Below, in pieces: positions 1-12,912 of a DNA stretch of 64,000 nucleotides. Made by a program: the position numbers and the translations under genes. Source of the DNA: the human T2T-CHM13v2.0 reference genome, Homo sapiens. Under the pieces are notes generated by a model. It worked only from the letters and a program-made list of their open reading frames with translations. It did not search any database and was not told the origin of the DNA. How positions within the stretch are numbered: the first letter of the stretch is position 1; every line of letters starts with the position of its first letter. Where the stretch lies: the NCBI RefSeq assembly GCF_009914755.1, contig NC_060927.1. One strand, 5' to 3'.

Positions 1-1704
1 TCTGTCTGTCTTCTTTTTTTTTTGCCTTTGAACTTGGATGTGAATTTTCGTGAAGTACAGTGTGTCAAGGGAAGGGCAATGAGAAAATATGCAGGGGTAT
101 TTACTTAAAAACTACTCAGTGAATCTGTCATGGTGTGTTCATTGGTTTCAGTATGGTAATACCATATTATGAAATGAAAGGTGTCTTACTCTATGTTAAA
201 TGGCTGCTTTGTAAAATCTCAGCCTTGTTGTGCATGGTATTATGCAGTCCATGCCTGTCTCTGACCATGAATTTTATTTTTCTTTTTTACATTTCAAATT
301 AGATTAAAACCCCAAAAGCTATTTATTAATTTGTTCCTATTTAAAATTTAAACACAAAATGAAATGGAATGTGCTGAATTTTGTTCGAATCCTTATAAGT
401 ACATGTGATGACTTTTGAAAGAATTGAATTTCATGGATTTTAAGGAGATCTAAAGAATGATGGAAGTGTTTTTGACAGCTCTGAATTGTTACTTTGTTAG
501 TCAGAGTTGAAGACTTGGAAGTCTTCAAATCTCATACTTGGTTCAAACATTTCATTACCACCTACCAAGGCTTTATTATCTCTCATAAAGGAAGTGGATT
601 ATCACTGATCACAGAAACAACAGGTCATGTTAATTCTACTGCATCTTTCAACCCCTCTTCTACTGGATGTTTTTGAATAACAGCCACATGGAAGTGAAAC
701 AGACTGATAAGACTTCCTCCCTCCTCTTGCTCCCATGCATACATTACCAGCAGTGCAATAACGAGGAAGCTGGAAAAGAACTTGAATGACCCACAAAATG
801 CCCATTACCCTTGAATAATAATAAATAAAAAACTTGGTTATATTTGTTTGGAAGTGAGAGATTTGCATATTTCACAACAGACTCAATTTTGATGAGGCGG
901 AATATTGTAGAGGTGTGTGGATTCTGCTTTTCCTATTACTGGTATGCAGCCCCTTAGCCTAAACCAGTAATTTCCATTGGATTGGGAATCACATAGCCTG
1001 GGTTCAAATCTTGGCTCCATCGTTTGGACAAACCACTGAAATCCAGTTTCATCTTTTGTGTAATAACATATGAGCACTGGAATAATTTTGAGAAGTAGAC
1101 AGTGTAGTATATACACAGTGCTTCTTTAGTGCCAAGAGCACGTATCTAGAATTTGCTATATTCCAGACCCATGTTTTTAACTCATTTAATCCTCATAACA
1201 GCTCTATAAAGTAGTTGCTGTTGCTGCAACATTTTCCAGGTAGGGTGTAGCACCTGGGCCAAGTCTGTGAACCTCCCGGTTACTTCTCTTTCCCTTTCCC
1301 TTTAGGAACATGATTTTCTGCCTATGTCATGGGCCAGGTTAGGTTCAAATGGTAGCTAAGGTAACTAACTCCCATCTTTAACATTATCTGATTCACTAGT
1401 CCTTGAAAGTATGGCAAGGATGCATTTTGGTGATGTTTCATATAATTCTAAAGGTGAGAGTCAATCCTTTTAGTTGTGTTTAGATAAAAAGATACCTGAT
1501 CATTTTCTTCAGAAATCAGCCCATTGAGAAGTTGTTATTTATTTTTTCTTATTAGAGTTAATTTTTATTATTGGATTTGAGAAACCAGGTGCTTTATTGG
1601 GAGGGCAGGGCAGGTAAGTAAATAATGCAGGCTGATTTGTTACAGTAGAGGGTGGTGGGGAGTGTAGCAAAGATAGTAGCTGTCTTCTAATTCTTTGCTA
1701 CTGC

Positions 1705-1883
1705 ATGCCTCAATGGAGTACAAGCTTATAATGATGAGAATCACCTGGATGGCTTGTCAAAGGATCGATTAATTGATCCTATACCCAGAGTTTCAGGTTC
1801 AGGGGGTCTAGAAATGTGCATTTCTAACAAGCTCCCAGGGAATGCTGAGTGCTAGCCCAGGAACCACATTTTGAGAGCCACTG
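1705..1883. mobile_element. MER5A-like hAT-Charlie MITE
   Basis: gaatcacctgg...tgcatttctaacaagctcccagg...ccacattttgagagccactg resembles the MER5A consensus. Confidence 0.7.
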
Positions 1884-2684
1884 CCCTACAGGAATGTGGA
1901 ACTAGCACTGCCAGGTTTTTCAATATTTCAAGAGAATTCCTCTATTACTTGAGGATTATGGCTTTTTCAAGGTATTTTTTGGTTCTCCAGACATTTCACT
2001 ACTAAAAACCACTCAGATCATACAATGATTAGGCAAGAAATATTAGGAAAGAACATTAAGTCAATCTCTTGCATATTTTAAATCTATTCTTTAAGTATTG
2101 GCAATGTATTTAAAAGTTTTTAAAAGACTGTGTCGGCCACCACTGAGCCAAAATAAACATGTCTGTTAGCTCAATTCAGTTTGGAAATTAGCAGTTTGCA
2201 ACCTCTGCCTTAAATGCCAGGAAGAAATAATGGATGAAAATAAAAGAATTATGTTTTTTGAATTTTTCTGCATTTAAAAAATTTTGAAAAACACTGGCCA
2301 AATATTTTTAAAGCTAGCCCAGAAGCTAGTCCAGAAATGTGCTTTCCTTTTATAACCTAAAAGGCAGATCCATAAACTGTTAGAATTAACAGATTGTTCC
2401 CTCGGTTAAGCATGCAGAGCCTGTCTGTTATGGTCACTGAATCAGCCTATCAGCTGGTGGCAGGCATGGTTTGTGTGAATGATCCTAGCAGGACAGTGCT
2501 TCTGTGCATATTGTACATATTGTCCCTGTGGTACATTGCAGATATTTTTCCTCTTCACCTACATCCAACTTACCTTCTTTCCTGGTCTCACCTTACTCTT
2601 TGTTTTTAGCTTTCTTTGCACCTTTTACCACTTCCATTTGCTTTGTGAACACTTCTGTCTGTCTTTAAAGGCAGTAAAGACTAG

Positions 2685-2935
2685 TAATCATAATAACAGC
2701 AAATATTTTTTGACTGCTTATGCTCTGCCAGGTACTGTTTTAGGCTATTAACAAATTTAATATTCATAACAATCCCACAAGGTAGAAAATAGTACTATCC
2801 CCATTTAAAAGACAAGGTAAGGCACAGAGAGGTTATGTAACTTGTCTGAGATCACACAGCTAATAACAGGCAGAGGCCGAACTTGAACCTAGGGTATCTG
2901 GCAGCAGGACCCAAGCCCCCAACCACTAGACTACC
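2685..2935 (-). mobile_element. MIR SINE
   Basis: Contains the MIR core aggcacagagaggttatgtaacttgtctgagatcacacagcta. Confidence 0.8.
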
Positions 2936-3304
2936 TCTGCAATAAGAAGCCTCTGCTTTCAGCTCCCTTTTTTTTCCTACAGAACCTGGCTGGACATGTG
3001 GGGATGCTTAGCACATAGCAGCACATAATGCTATGGAAACAGTCATTTCCACTTTCCTTCTATATTCAAGTGGTATGTCTGGCTTATCAAACATTTGTCG
3101 CAATAAAAATATGACTGTATGCAGGCTGAGACAAAGATTACTGCTCTTTGAAATTTCTGGAGTTGCCTGATGACACTCATGTAGGATTTAGTTGATCAAA
3201 AGCTTTACTTGATTTGGCCTTTGAAAAATAATCATTTTGGTCAATAGCAGAGCATGTACTCAACAAAAAGTTTCAGGCATCACTGCATTTAGAACCCAGT
3301 AGAC

Positions 3305-3941
<637 letters not shown>

Positions 3942-5329
3942 CCCTGGATCAAAGAGATGTGAGAATTACAGCCAAGCGACACAGGCAGAGAACCCCAAAA
4001 TGTCAAGTGCAAACAGACATGGAGCGAGAGGCAGAAATGATTCAAGAAAGCATCGGGACACAATTGTTTTAAGGGAATTGACTTTCAAGGAAGATAATGG
4101 GAAAACTTGGGGAAATTTTGCTAATTGGTAGAAATTTTAGTTGAAAAAATATGTGTACATATATAGTCTTCACTAGTTTATTTAGTTGAATTAACATTTA
4201 TTTGAACCTAGAAAAAGAATCACACATACTGTGGTAGAGGATGTCAGATGATAATGAGAGAGAACTTTGGAATTATTTGAGGACAAGAGTGATTCCATTT
4301 GAGTGACTTAAGCTTCTTGACCTCTAGACCCTGGTTTTCTAGATCAGAAAGTCATAAATTTTAAAATCATATTTCTTCTTTTTTTTTTTTTTTTTTTTCA
4401 CTCAAAAAAAGAGAGTGTGTGGCTTTAGTTCCCATAGAGCTTCTGGTTCAGATGGTGCAAATGAAGCACTGGCTTTCTCAGCCTTGTTTTGGTAGCATAG
4501 GAAAACAAAACAAAACCCAGAGATAAGAGCAAGGGAGACTGGAGGATGTGATTATGAGTAAAACTTCTGGGTGCATAATGTCAGCAGCACAAACTGTGTT
4601 CATTCTCCATGTTAGTTAATGGCTAATCTAGAGATTGTACTGCCATTTGCTGATAGAGCACAGTTTAAAATATTTTATCATTAATGTGACAGGGAGTCGG
4701 ATAAAGAAAATGAAGCGTGATTATAAAATGCTAATTATCGTTCTCAAGTGCATATTGGGCACTCACAAATATTTGCAGCGTAATTTGCTTTATTTATTAT
4801 TTCAGTTTGGTTATAAATGTTAATTCAATTGCAGATGGTATGTTGGCAATTTACAGAGCTATAAAGTTATTTGGAAATCCTAATATTTTCTACCAAAATG
4901 TTCCGTTAGTGAAGGATGAGCTAAATTAAAAACTCCTGCTCTTTAGAGTTAAATACATTAATTGGCAAGTAGGCTGTAGGGATTTCCAGATCTGTGCTGG
5001 CTATGTTAACTCCTTAAAGGAGGGAAAGACATGATTTCTAATTTAGAGTGGGAATTTTCTTTATGAGAAAGGGCGAGGAGGAAAGAGGTCTCTTTTTCCT
5101 ACCACCCTTGTAACATTTCTTCAAGGCTGAGGTTTTCTTCATGTCCTGGTTCATAGCAAAAGAGACATGCTTGAAGCCACATTTTTTCTGTAGTACATCA
5201 ATAGTTTCTGAGACCGTGATGTTGATAATTAGGGTGTATGTGTACGTGTGTGCATGTGTGAGAGAGTGAGAAAGAGACCGTGTTTTCTCCAACCTCGCTG
5301 ATTACTACAAAATATACATATGTTTTAGC

Positions 5330-5639
5330 CAGGGGTTGTCAAATTATGGCCCATAGGCTAAACCGGGTCTGCTGCCTGTTTTTGTATGGCCAAGAGCTAA
5401 GAATTTTTTTTTACATTTTAAATGCTTGAAAAAAAAATTAATATAACATATGAAAATTATATGAAATTCAATTTCAGTGTTTATAAAGTTTTCTTGGTAC
5501 ACAGCCAATCCATTCATTTCTGTATTGTCTATGATTGCTTTCATTCTGTGATGGTAGAGTTGAGTATTTGCAGCTAAGTCTCTGGCCCACAGCTTAAAGA
5601 GTTTCTATTTGGCCCTTTATAGAAATCTGCCAACCCCTG
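5330..5639 (+). mobile_element. MER58B hAT-Charlie MITE
   Basis: TIRs caggggttgtcaaa / tctgccaacccctg; internal sequence typical of MER58B. Confidence 0.85.
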
Positions 5640-6738
5640 GATGAGGATATTTAAGGTGTAGTTTACAAAATGGAAGCTTTAACCTATTTTTTTTTTAACC
5701 TCCATTGTCATATTTATGGAAACACACGAATTCTGGAGTACAACTGGGTTTAAAACATGACTTTTCATTTTTGAAAGCTGGGAAGGTTATAAATATGAGT
5801 CTTAGCTTCCTTCATTTATAGTCATATTAATAATTGAAAGAAGTGATATTATATTACTAATGTAAATAATTTTGTGTTTCACACACACACGATACACTCA
5901 AAACACTCTCTTTGCCTCCAAAATAAGGATAAAAGTAAAAATTATTTTCTTTTACTGTCAAATTAAAAACATAAACTAAGCTGTGTTCCTGGAATATTCT
6001 ATTTGTGTTAACAATTAGGAATTGTACATAGAAGCACAGTAATATCAGAAAATGTGGCCACCTTATATAACTCGTTTGGAAAAATGTCATTCTTTACTAA
6101 GAAATACTGTGCTTAATTAATTCTTGCTCCTAGGAGGTCAACTTGGGGCACTCATTATGGCCTTAATTGGTGATATAAATCCTCAGACCCCAGAGGAAAA
6201 ACACATTGAGTGGTTAGTGGTCTCTGGCCTTTTGGGTGAGTGTGCACTGGTGCCAGCCTCATCTCAGAGAGTGACAGCTTCTGGTTTCATGGCTTCAGGT
6301 CTAGCCCCACTCATATTAGGTTTAAAGGCCAATGTGCAACAGCAAATAAATGCAATAACTTGTCCTGGTGTTTTGCATTAAACAGTGTGAGACAACCCAC
6401 TACCTTCAGACTTGGAAAAATGTGTTTCTGTGAACTCCGGTTCTTTGTATTAAATTATATTCATTACACGGCCCATCTGGAGTCTCCTGCCAGGCCAAAA
6501 ATCATCTTACAGACATTAGCAAAAGGAAGTTAAATGTAATTTTTTTTAATTGTATACTTTTCATTTCCATTTATTTTTTCCCTTTTATTGGAGAAAGCAG
6601 ATGGAAAGGAAAACAGGATCCTCTCTCACTCTGGTTCCCTTCGGGAACAGAGGCAGAGCATTCCTGGCTGCTGCTCCTCTCACACGTTGGCTTGAGGTGA
6701 TGATGGGGCTGTCTAGATTCTGGGGATGATTGCTGGAA

Positions 6739-6752
6739 AGGTCAGGAGTTCA
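6739..6752 (+). promoter_or_regulatory. Perfect DR2 nuclear receptor element (AGGTCA gg AGTTCA)
   Basis: Exact RGKTCA-n2-RGKTCA match outside any recognisable Alu; function untested. Confidence 0.4.
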
Positions 6753-9700
6753 ATTTGAAGCTCACACTGGTTGGGGTTGTGGAGTTTGGAGGGTAAGAAC
6801 AGTGCAGTGGCTTACATTGGGCTTTCACTGAAGTGGGTTGCCACGAATTATATTTGACAGTGTGGAAATGAAACTCACAAATATCAGATATGATGCAGTT
6901 CCATTTTGTGTCTGGTTATTGACTTGAGTATTTTGCTGGGAGTTGTCTTTTTGCTGGATTTTGAGTCAATGCAAAAAGGGCCCATATTTGGGAGACTGGG
7001 CTTTCTTTAGCTCGTTGGATCTTACCAAACCAGCCATGTGTCACAAAAGGTATAGAGCTAAGGCTTATGTTGGAGACATGCTGAGTGTGTGTTCCTTTAA
7101 TAAGACACGTGGAAATCTCAAATATCAGTGCTAGAAGGCATGTAGAGATCATTTCAGACTTGTGAAATGGAACTACAGAAATGGTTCAACTGTTTGCTCA
7201 GAGTACAAAGCCAGTTAAAGGAAGAAAGTAGACTAGCTTAGAGCCCTTTGGACTTCTACTTGGGTAGAGGTAGAAGTCACTTCAGCCATCCTACAGCCCT
7301 GGCAGAGGATATTTGGCCAACGAAGTCACTCTCCCATGCAACCTTCCACCCATCCATGTGAGCAAATACTTACTGAATGCCAGGCAAGGTGCTGGATTTG
7401 GTGCTGAGGATACAAAAAGCTAGAGTTATGACAGGTCTTCAACTTAATAAACTACATCAGAACAATTCTATAGTCATTATCTGTATATACCCTACCATCA
7501 TCTGCCACTTCACCCAAATGAATTGCTAAGTTGCTGAGTTTGGAAGGGTCTTTTAAATTCGGATAATGGTGAGGTACTTTTTTGGCTACATTCTGATATA
7601 TCCAGCACATATATGCATTTCCTGATGATGGTCTTCACGGACAATGGGAGAAGGGCTAATTTTGAATTTCTAATAATGAATCCTTGTATCCCTCTGTATA
7701 ATTTTATTTCAATCAGGTTCCAATCACAGATTATTAATTTTATTATCTAAGTATATTCTTCTTACTCTAAATATTTTTCTTAGATTAGGACAAGGTTTGG
7801 ATTAGGTCAAGTATACCTATGATGACCTCTGATTTACATTGCTTTACAACACACCTGAGACTTGGAGAGGAGAGAGAGGAGGGATGCTGGACTAGTTCCC
7901 CTGCTCAGTCACACACTTTCTCTCCTTTTGTGCCGGGATGGTGATGTGAGGTGTCTGGTGTCCCTGACGCAGTCAGCTAACAGCTTCCTTAAGAAGCCTG
8001 GCCCTGTGCTACCCTCAGTGGCGTTTGACACAGTAATAGACACACATTACAGACGTAAATAGCAACTCCAGGTTTTCGCTTCCATGGAAGTGTGTTAAAG
8101 TTATGTCCACTAAATGGGTTACTTTGGCTTTAAATAATAGACCCCATTGCTTCTCTGTTCCTCAGCGTGCGATGTGGTTTCACCTACCACTCTCTGCTTT
8201 CAACAAAGCAGATAAGGTATCAACACAATTAAAAGTGAAAAATAATCTGTCTGCTTTGCCGGTAGTGAATGCTTACAGAACACACACTGATACAATAGAT
8301 TTTAAATAATTTATGTCCGGCACTTTTTTTTTTTTTTCAATCTGTAAATGAGGACACCTAATGCGGAATGGTCGGCATGATACTCTATCCTTCCCCCATT
8401 AAGATAACAAGATGAGAGGCAATGATTCAGATCAGTATATTTTTGGAGCTTTGAGCGGATAAAAATTAAAAATTAAAAGAGATGATGTTCTGAAATACTT
8501 TGGGTAAGCAAGCTCATAAAAGCCATTTGGAAACCTGAAATTACACATTAATTCAGAATCTCCTTCTGAGGGGCTCCTAAAACACCTTTCTGTTTTCTTG
8601 GCAGGATGAAAGCATTACTTTTGTGTCACTGCCTGGTGCTTTCACGGGGTCTATTCTAATGCTCACTAAGGCGTCATGCTCTGTTCTAATGTGCCTCTTG
8701 TAGCCATCTTTGGTTTGAACCAACTAAACTTCAGGTGATGTTGAAAACAAATAGGAATTAATACATGAAGCTTTATATCTTCCCTCTATAGATATGTTAA
8801 ATCTCAAGTTACCAGGATAATGTGATTCATGGCTTATTTTCCAGCCTGGAGGGAGTGGTTGGTCCGATCTGGAGGGATTTATTCAGCTGCTATAACTACT
8901 GTTGACAGTATGGGGAATTGGCCCCACAATTCCCCAAAGTCTAGGGACTGTGCTATCCCACAGAAACAAAACTGCTAAGCTGTTAACAAGAGGTGGTTCA
9001 GATCTTTGGTGGTTAAATGTAGTTTAATCATGATTTACGGGGGCCCGGCTCTTTTTCCTACACCTGCCTGTGAACATCTCCTAATTATTCATTTGAGAAA
9101 ACTCTGAATAAAAATATCAATCTTGAATATGTGTGTGTTCCGAGGAAGAAGGCCAGCCATGTCCAAGGAAATGTTCAGTCCTGTTTCATCTAAGGAAAAT
9201 AATTCCCAAATTTCATCCACAGGCTGATGCTTAGGAGAGACTGAAGTGCTTTTGGATGAGTTCAAAATAAACACTCCCTCCTAAGTTATCTCTTTTGTCC
9301 TTCTGGAGAAAATGAGAAGGGTAAATGACGTTCCATGGAATGATCACCTGAGGAAAGCAAAATTAGGCTGAAACACCCCCAAAGCTCCTAGATGAGGCTT
9401 CCTGGCCTGGGGGCAGGGTCTGACACCCCATCTTTTGGAGTGGGTTATAGCATCAGGGACCACCATCCGTTAACAAGCCCATCCTGGGCAGCAGAAAGCT
9501 TTGTGGGCCAGATGGGAAGTAGCCACTGAGGAGAAAAATGTAATTTTGATACAGGAAATAGAAGAAGAACAGTACAGCTTTTCACTCAAGATATATGTTT
9601 CTTCTGTCTAAAGCCAGCAATTTTGGAAAATGAAGCTAAGAGTTTAAAAATAAGGGCTCTGTCAGGGAAAATAAAACAGGTCCCCCTACATCCATTAGGC

Positions 9701-12431
9701 TGCCTTTAATTGAAAACTGGAGAACAATCTAACTAATTGGCAGGTACCTCTTTTATTACGGAGACTGTTTCTCCCCTTCTCTCCAGTGTAATCAAAAGGC
9801 TGCTCCTCTTTTTATCAACTAAAGTCAGGTATGAAATGGAAAAGCAGAGAGGTAACACTTAAAAAATTAATTGTGTGTGTTCTGTTAAATGTTCTCCTAC
9901 AAAACAACTTCAGAAAGTGCACAGCTTAAGGTCTTTGAAACAGCAGCAGCTCCAGGAGTGTATTTTCATATAGCATGGTGCTTAGGTGGAAGCTATAATG
10001 TGCTAATTGCAGACAAGTTCATGTTGTTTAAAAGAACTTTTTCTTTTGCATTGGGGACCTATTTAATTTCAAATCTTGGCACTGTGCTGACATAATATAG
10101 CTACTTTAATTTTAAGGATCAAGAAAGAGGAGCCTGTGGGTGAAATTTGAGCCTATTTTTTGCTAATTTGGAATAAATCAGTAAGTTAACATTGCTGCCT
10201 GAATTTATGATATTAGAGTTTTACCAATGAAAATATAACTTCCTTTTTCCTTTCCTTGCATATAAAGTATTTTGGTTTAAATTTACATTTCTTTGCTGAT
10301 CTTCCTTTTCTTCCTTTTCCTTCTACATGGAATATCCATATGATATTATTCTTTAATTATAAAAGTTGCATATACTCCATCACAAAAAAAGATTGTTACA
10401 TCCCTGCCTGCAAAGGACTCCTGTTTCAAAGAAGAAAGAGACACAAAGATCAATTGTTGCACTGTTGTGTAGAGAGTGTTCCAACAGCATATGCTGGTAG
10501 TGGGGGCTTGGCGGGAGCCTGACCCCTCTTGGGGGCTGTATTTTGGAGCATGAGCAGTCCTGAACCAAAGAACAAGGCAGGGAAAGGACTTTCAAGTCCT
10601 AGGGCCTGTGGAAAGGCACTGAGCAGAGAGAAAACACTCTAGGTTTGGGGGGCCTGGGTAAGTATGACTGGACAAAGGCATGAGCAACTTTGAGGGGCAG
10701 GTGGGCTTTAAACCATTTCATTGCTGATCTCAGTGTGTAGAGGTCGATACTCTTAGCATTATCAGGCGTCAGCCTGGACTCACCACAGCTTTTCCATACA
10801 AGGACAGAATTCATTTTGAGAGCTGGAGCTTAAGTAATATTTTCTCAATAAACTTAGTGAGATTTTTGCACTGTCAGAGCAGTGTCTGTGGTGAAGAGAA
10901 GCAGAAGGCTACATCCAATAAATCCCTGTTATTTTTCAGTTGTCAGACTTGACTTAAATATAAATGCCTGACTAGCTTTCCTTCTCCCATTCTCATAGAC
11001 TCTATGAGTTTTTCCTTTTTACTCCAGGTTCAGGATGGAACCATGTATAAGCGAGAAAAATTCCAGTGAGAAGATTCCAACATGGCCCTGAAAATTAAAT
11101 AGACTTGGAAAAAATGCACCAAGCTCTAGACAAGCATTTATTTTTCTGTACTAATTTAGGTCCTTAACATTATAAAGCAATACAAGTACATCATAATTAT
11201 TTGGGTCTGTGAGAGGCCTTTGAATTATGCAATATGCAGCATCGCCATGGTGATGTGCCTTGCCGTCAACCAGCATGTTATGGTAGAGCCATGTTCTGGT
11301 TTTGTTAATGGCCAAATGTTGCATACCAAACTTCTAAAAGAGATTTTAAAATTCATGCTCTTTGGTAAAGGGTTTCAGTATATATGAGCATGTTTTGGCT
11401 CTCTCTCCTTCTGCTTACCTTTTTCTCCCCCGCTTCTCAGTACAGATGAGAAAATTTAATTTGGGTCCAGATGAGATTTAGTAATTAATGTACAAAGCAG
11501 CTGGGGTCCGCTAACTCCTGGGCTGTAGCTGAGCAGCTATTTTGTTGCATTTTTTTTTCAATAAAATAATTGAAAATTTAAAAACTTAAAATTCATTGGC
11601 TTCTTGCCGTGTTATACTTAGAGTAATCCTGATAATAGATCGGTAACTATGGATTTCACCAAGGAAGGGCACAAAATAACTGACCTAAGTAATTTAGAAA
11701 ACAGATGTCTTTAGTTGGTTCAAATTCTCAGAACCAGATTTAAAGAAAGCATGTGGAGAAGAGCGAAATCTTGCATTTTAGAGGCTTCGTTTCCCCTTGT
11801 CATACAGTTTTTCTTCCTACCACATCTTAATTCAAACTCTTGAGAAGAGACAAAGTAGTCCGCAAGATATCATATTTATGATATTTAGCCTACTGCACAG
11901 AAATTCTTTGGGTAACTACTCAACCTCATACTCTTCACCTTCTTTTTAAGTCACCTTTATTTCAGTGGCTTCCAAGTAGTGGTCAGAGACACCTAGGGGA
12001 TTTATAATGAACTTTAAGATATCCTCTTGAAACCGTGCGTAGATATGTGTGCTGTTTCGAAGGAAATTTTATCTAGTTTCAAAGAAGTTCTTTGTGTTCT
12101 TTTGGCTTCTCCCACTCCCCCTGCACCCCCACCCCCAAGTCCCTTTTACACTACAAAAATAAAGCCCAGTAGTAAAACATAAAACCCCTCCTGTAAGGTT
12201 TTTCTTTCTAGCTTTTACTCAGGTCGTGGAATTTCTCAGAGGCATCCCAAGGGGATCCTGTGGGAGAATGAGTGTGATTACAGTGAACTACTTAATTCTG
12301 TCTGATCTACAGTCTTTAAACATAAGGTCAACCAGAAGAGAAGAGAGACTATCCGAGACTATCCAAGACTGCCACGTCCTCATAAAGGAAAAAGAGATTG
12401 AACACTTTTGCTGTAGATGGTATTCTGTAGC

Positions 12432-12912
12432 CTGGACTGACTACATAATTTGCAGGACTTTATACAAAATGAAAATGCTTGTCTCTTATTCAAAAATTAT
12501 TTAGGGCTGGGCGTGCGTGGTACCTCATGCCTGTAATCCCAACACTGTGGGAGACCGAGGCAGGCAAATCGTTCGAGGCCAGGAGTTCAAGTCCATCCTG
12601 GCCAACATGGTGAAACCCTGTGTCTACTAAAATTACAAAAATTAGCCAGGCGTGGTGGCAGGTGCCTGTGATCCTAGCTACTCGGAAGGCTGAGGCACAA
12701 GAATCGCTGGAACCCAAGAAGCGGAGGTTGTAGTGAGCCAAGAATGCACCGCTGTACTCCAGCCTGGGCAACAAAGTGAGACTCTGTCTCAAAAAAAAAA
12801 AAAAATTATAAAATTATTTTGAATTTTAAGACAGTGACAGCAGAGCAGTAAACTAAGCTCTGGGCCCTTCTAGATGCAAGGCCCTGTGGGACTGCACAGT
12901 CACATGCCCTGC
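12432..12912 (-). mobile_element. MER45A-like hAT-Tip100 MITE, split by an Alu
   Basis: ctacataatttgcagg...caaaatgaaaatg...ttcaaaaattatt [Alu] gaattttaagacagtgacagcagagc...ggccctgtgggactgcacagtcacatgccc. Confidence 0.75.
12505..12805 (+). mobile_element. Alu (AluS, Sz/Sx-like), full length
   Basis: Dimeric Alu with A15 tail; aaaattattt TSD. Confidence 0.95.

Noticed and set aside
2450-2463. CTCF-like tcagctggtggcag
   Set aside because: Two mismatches, including the conserved A of the AG core.
7804-7828. AGGTCA...TGACCT inverted pair
   Set aside because: 13-nt spacer is not a recognised nuclear receptor configuration.
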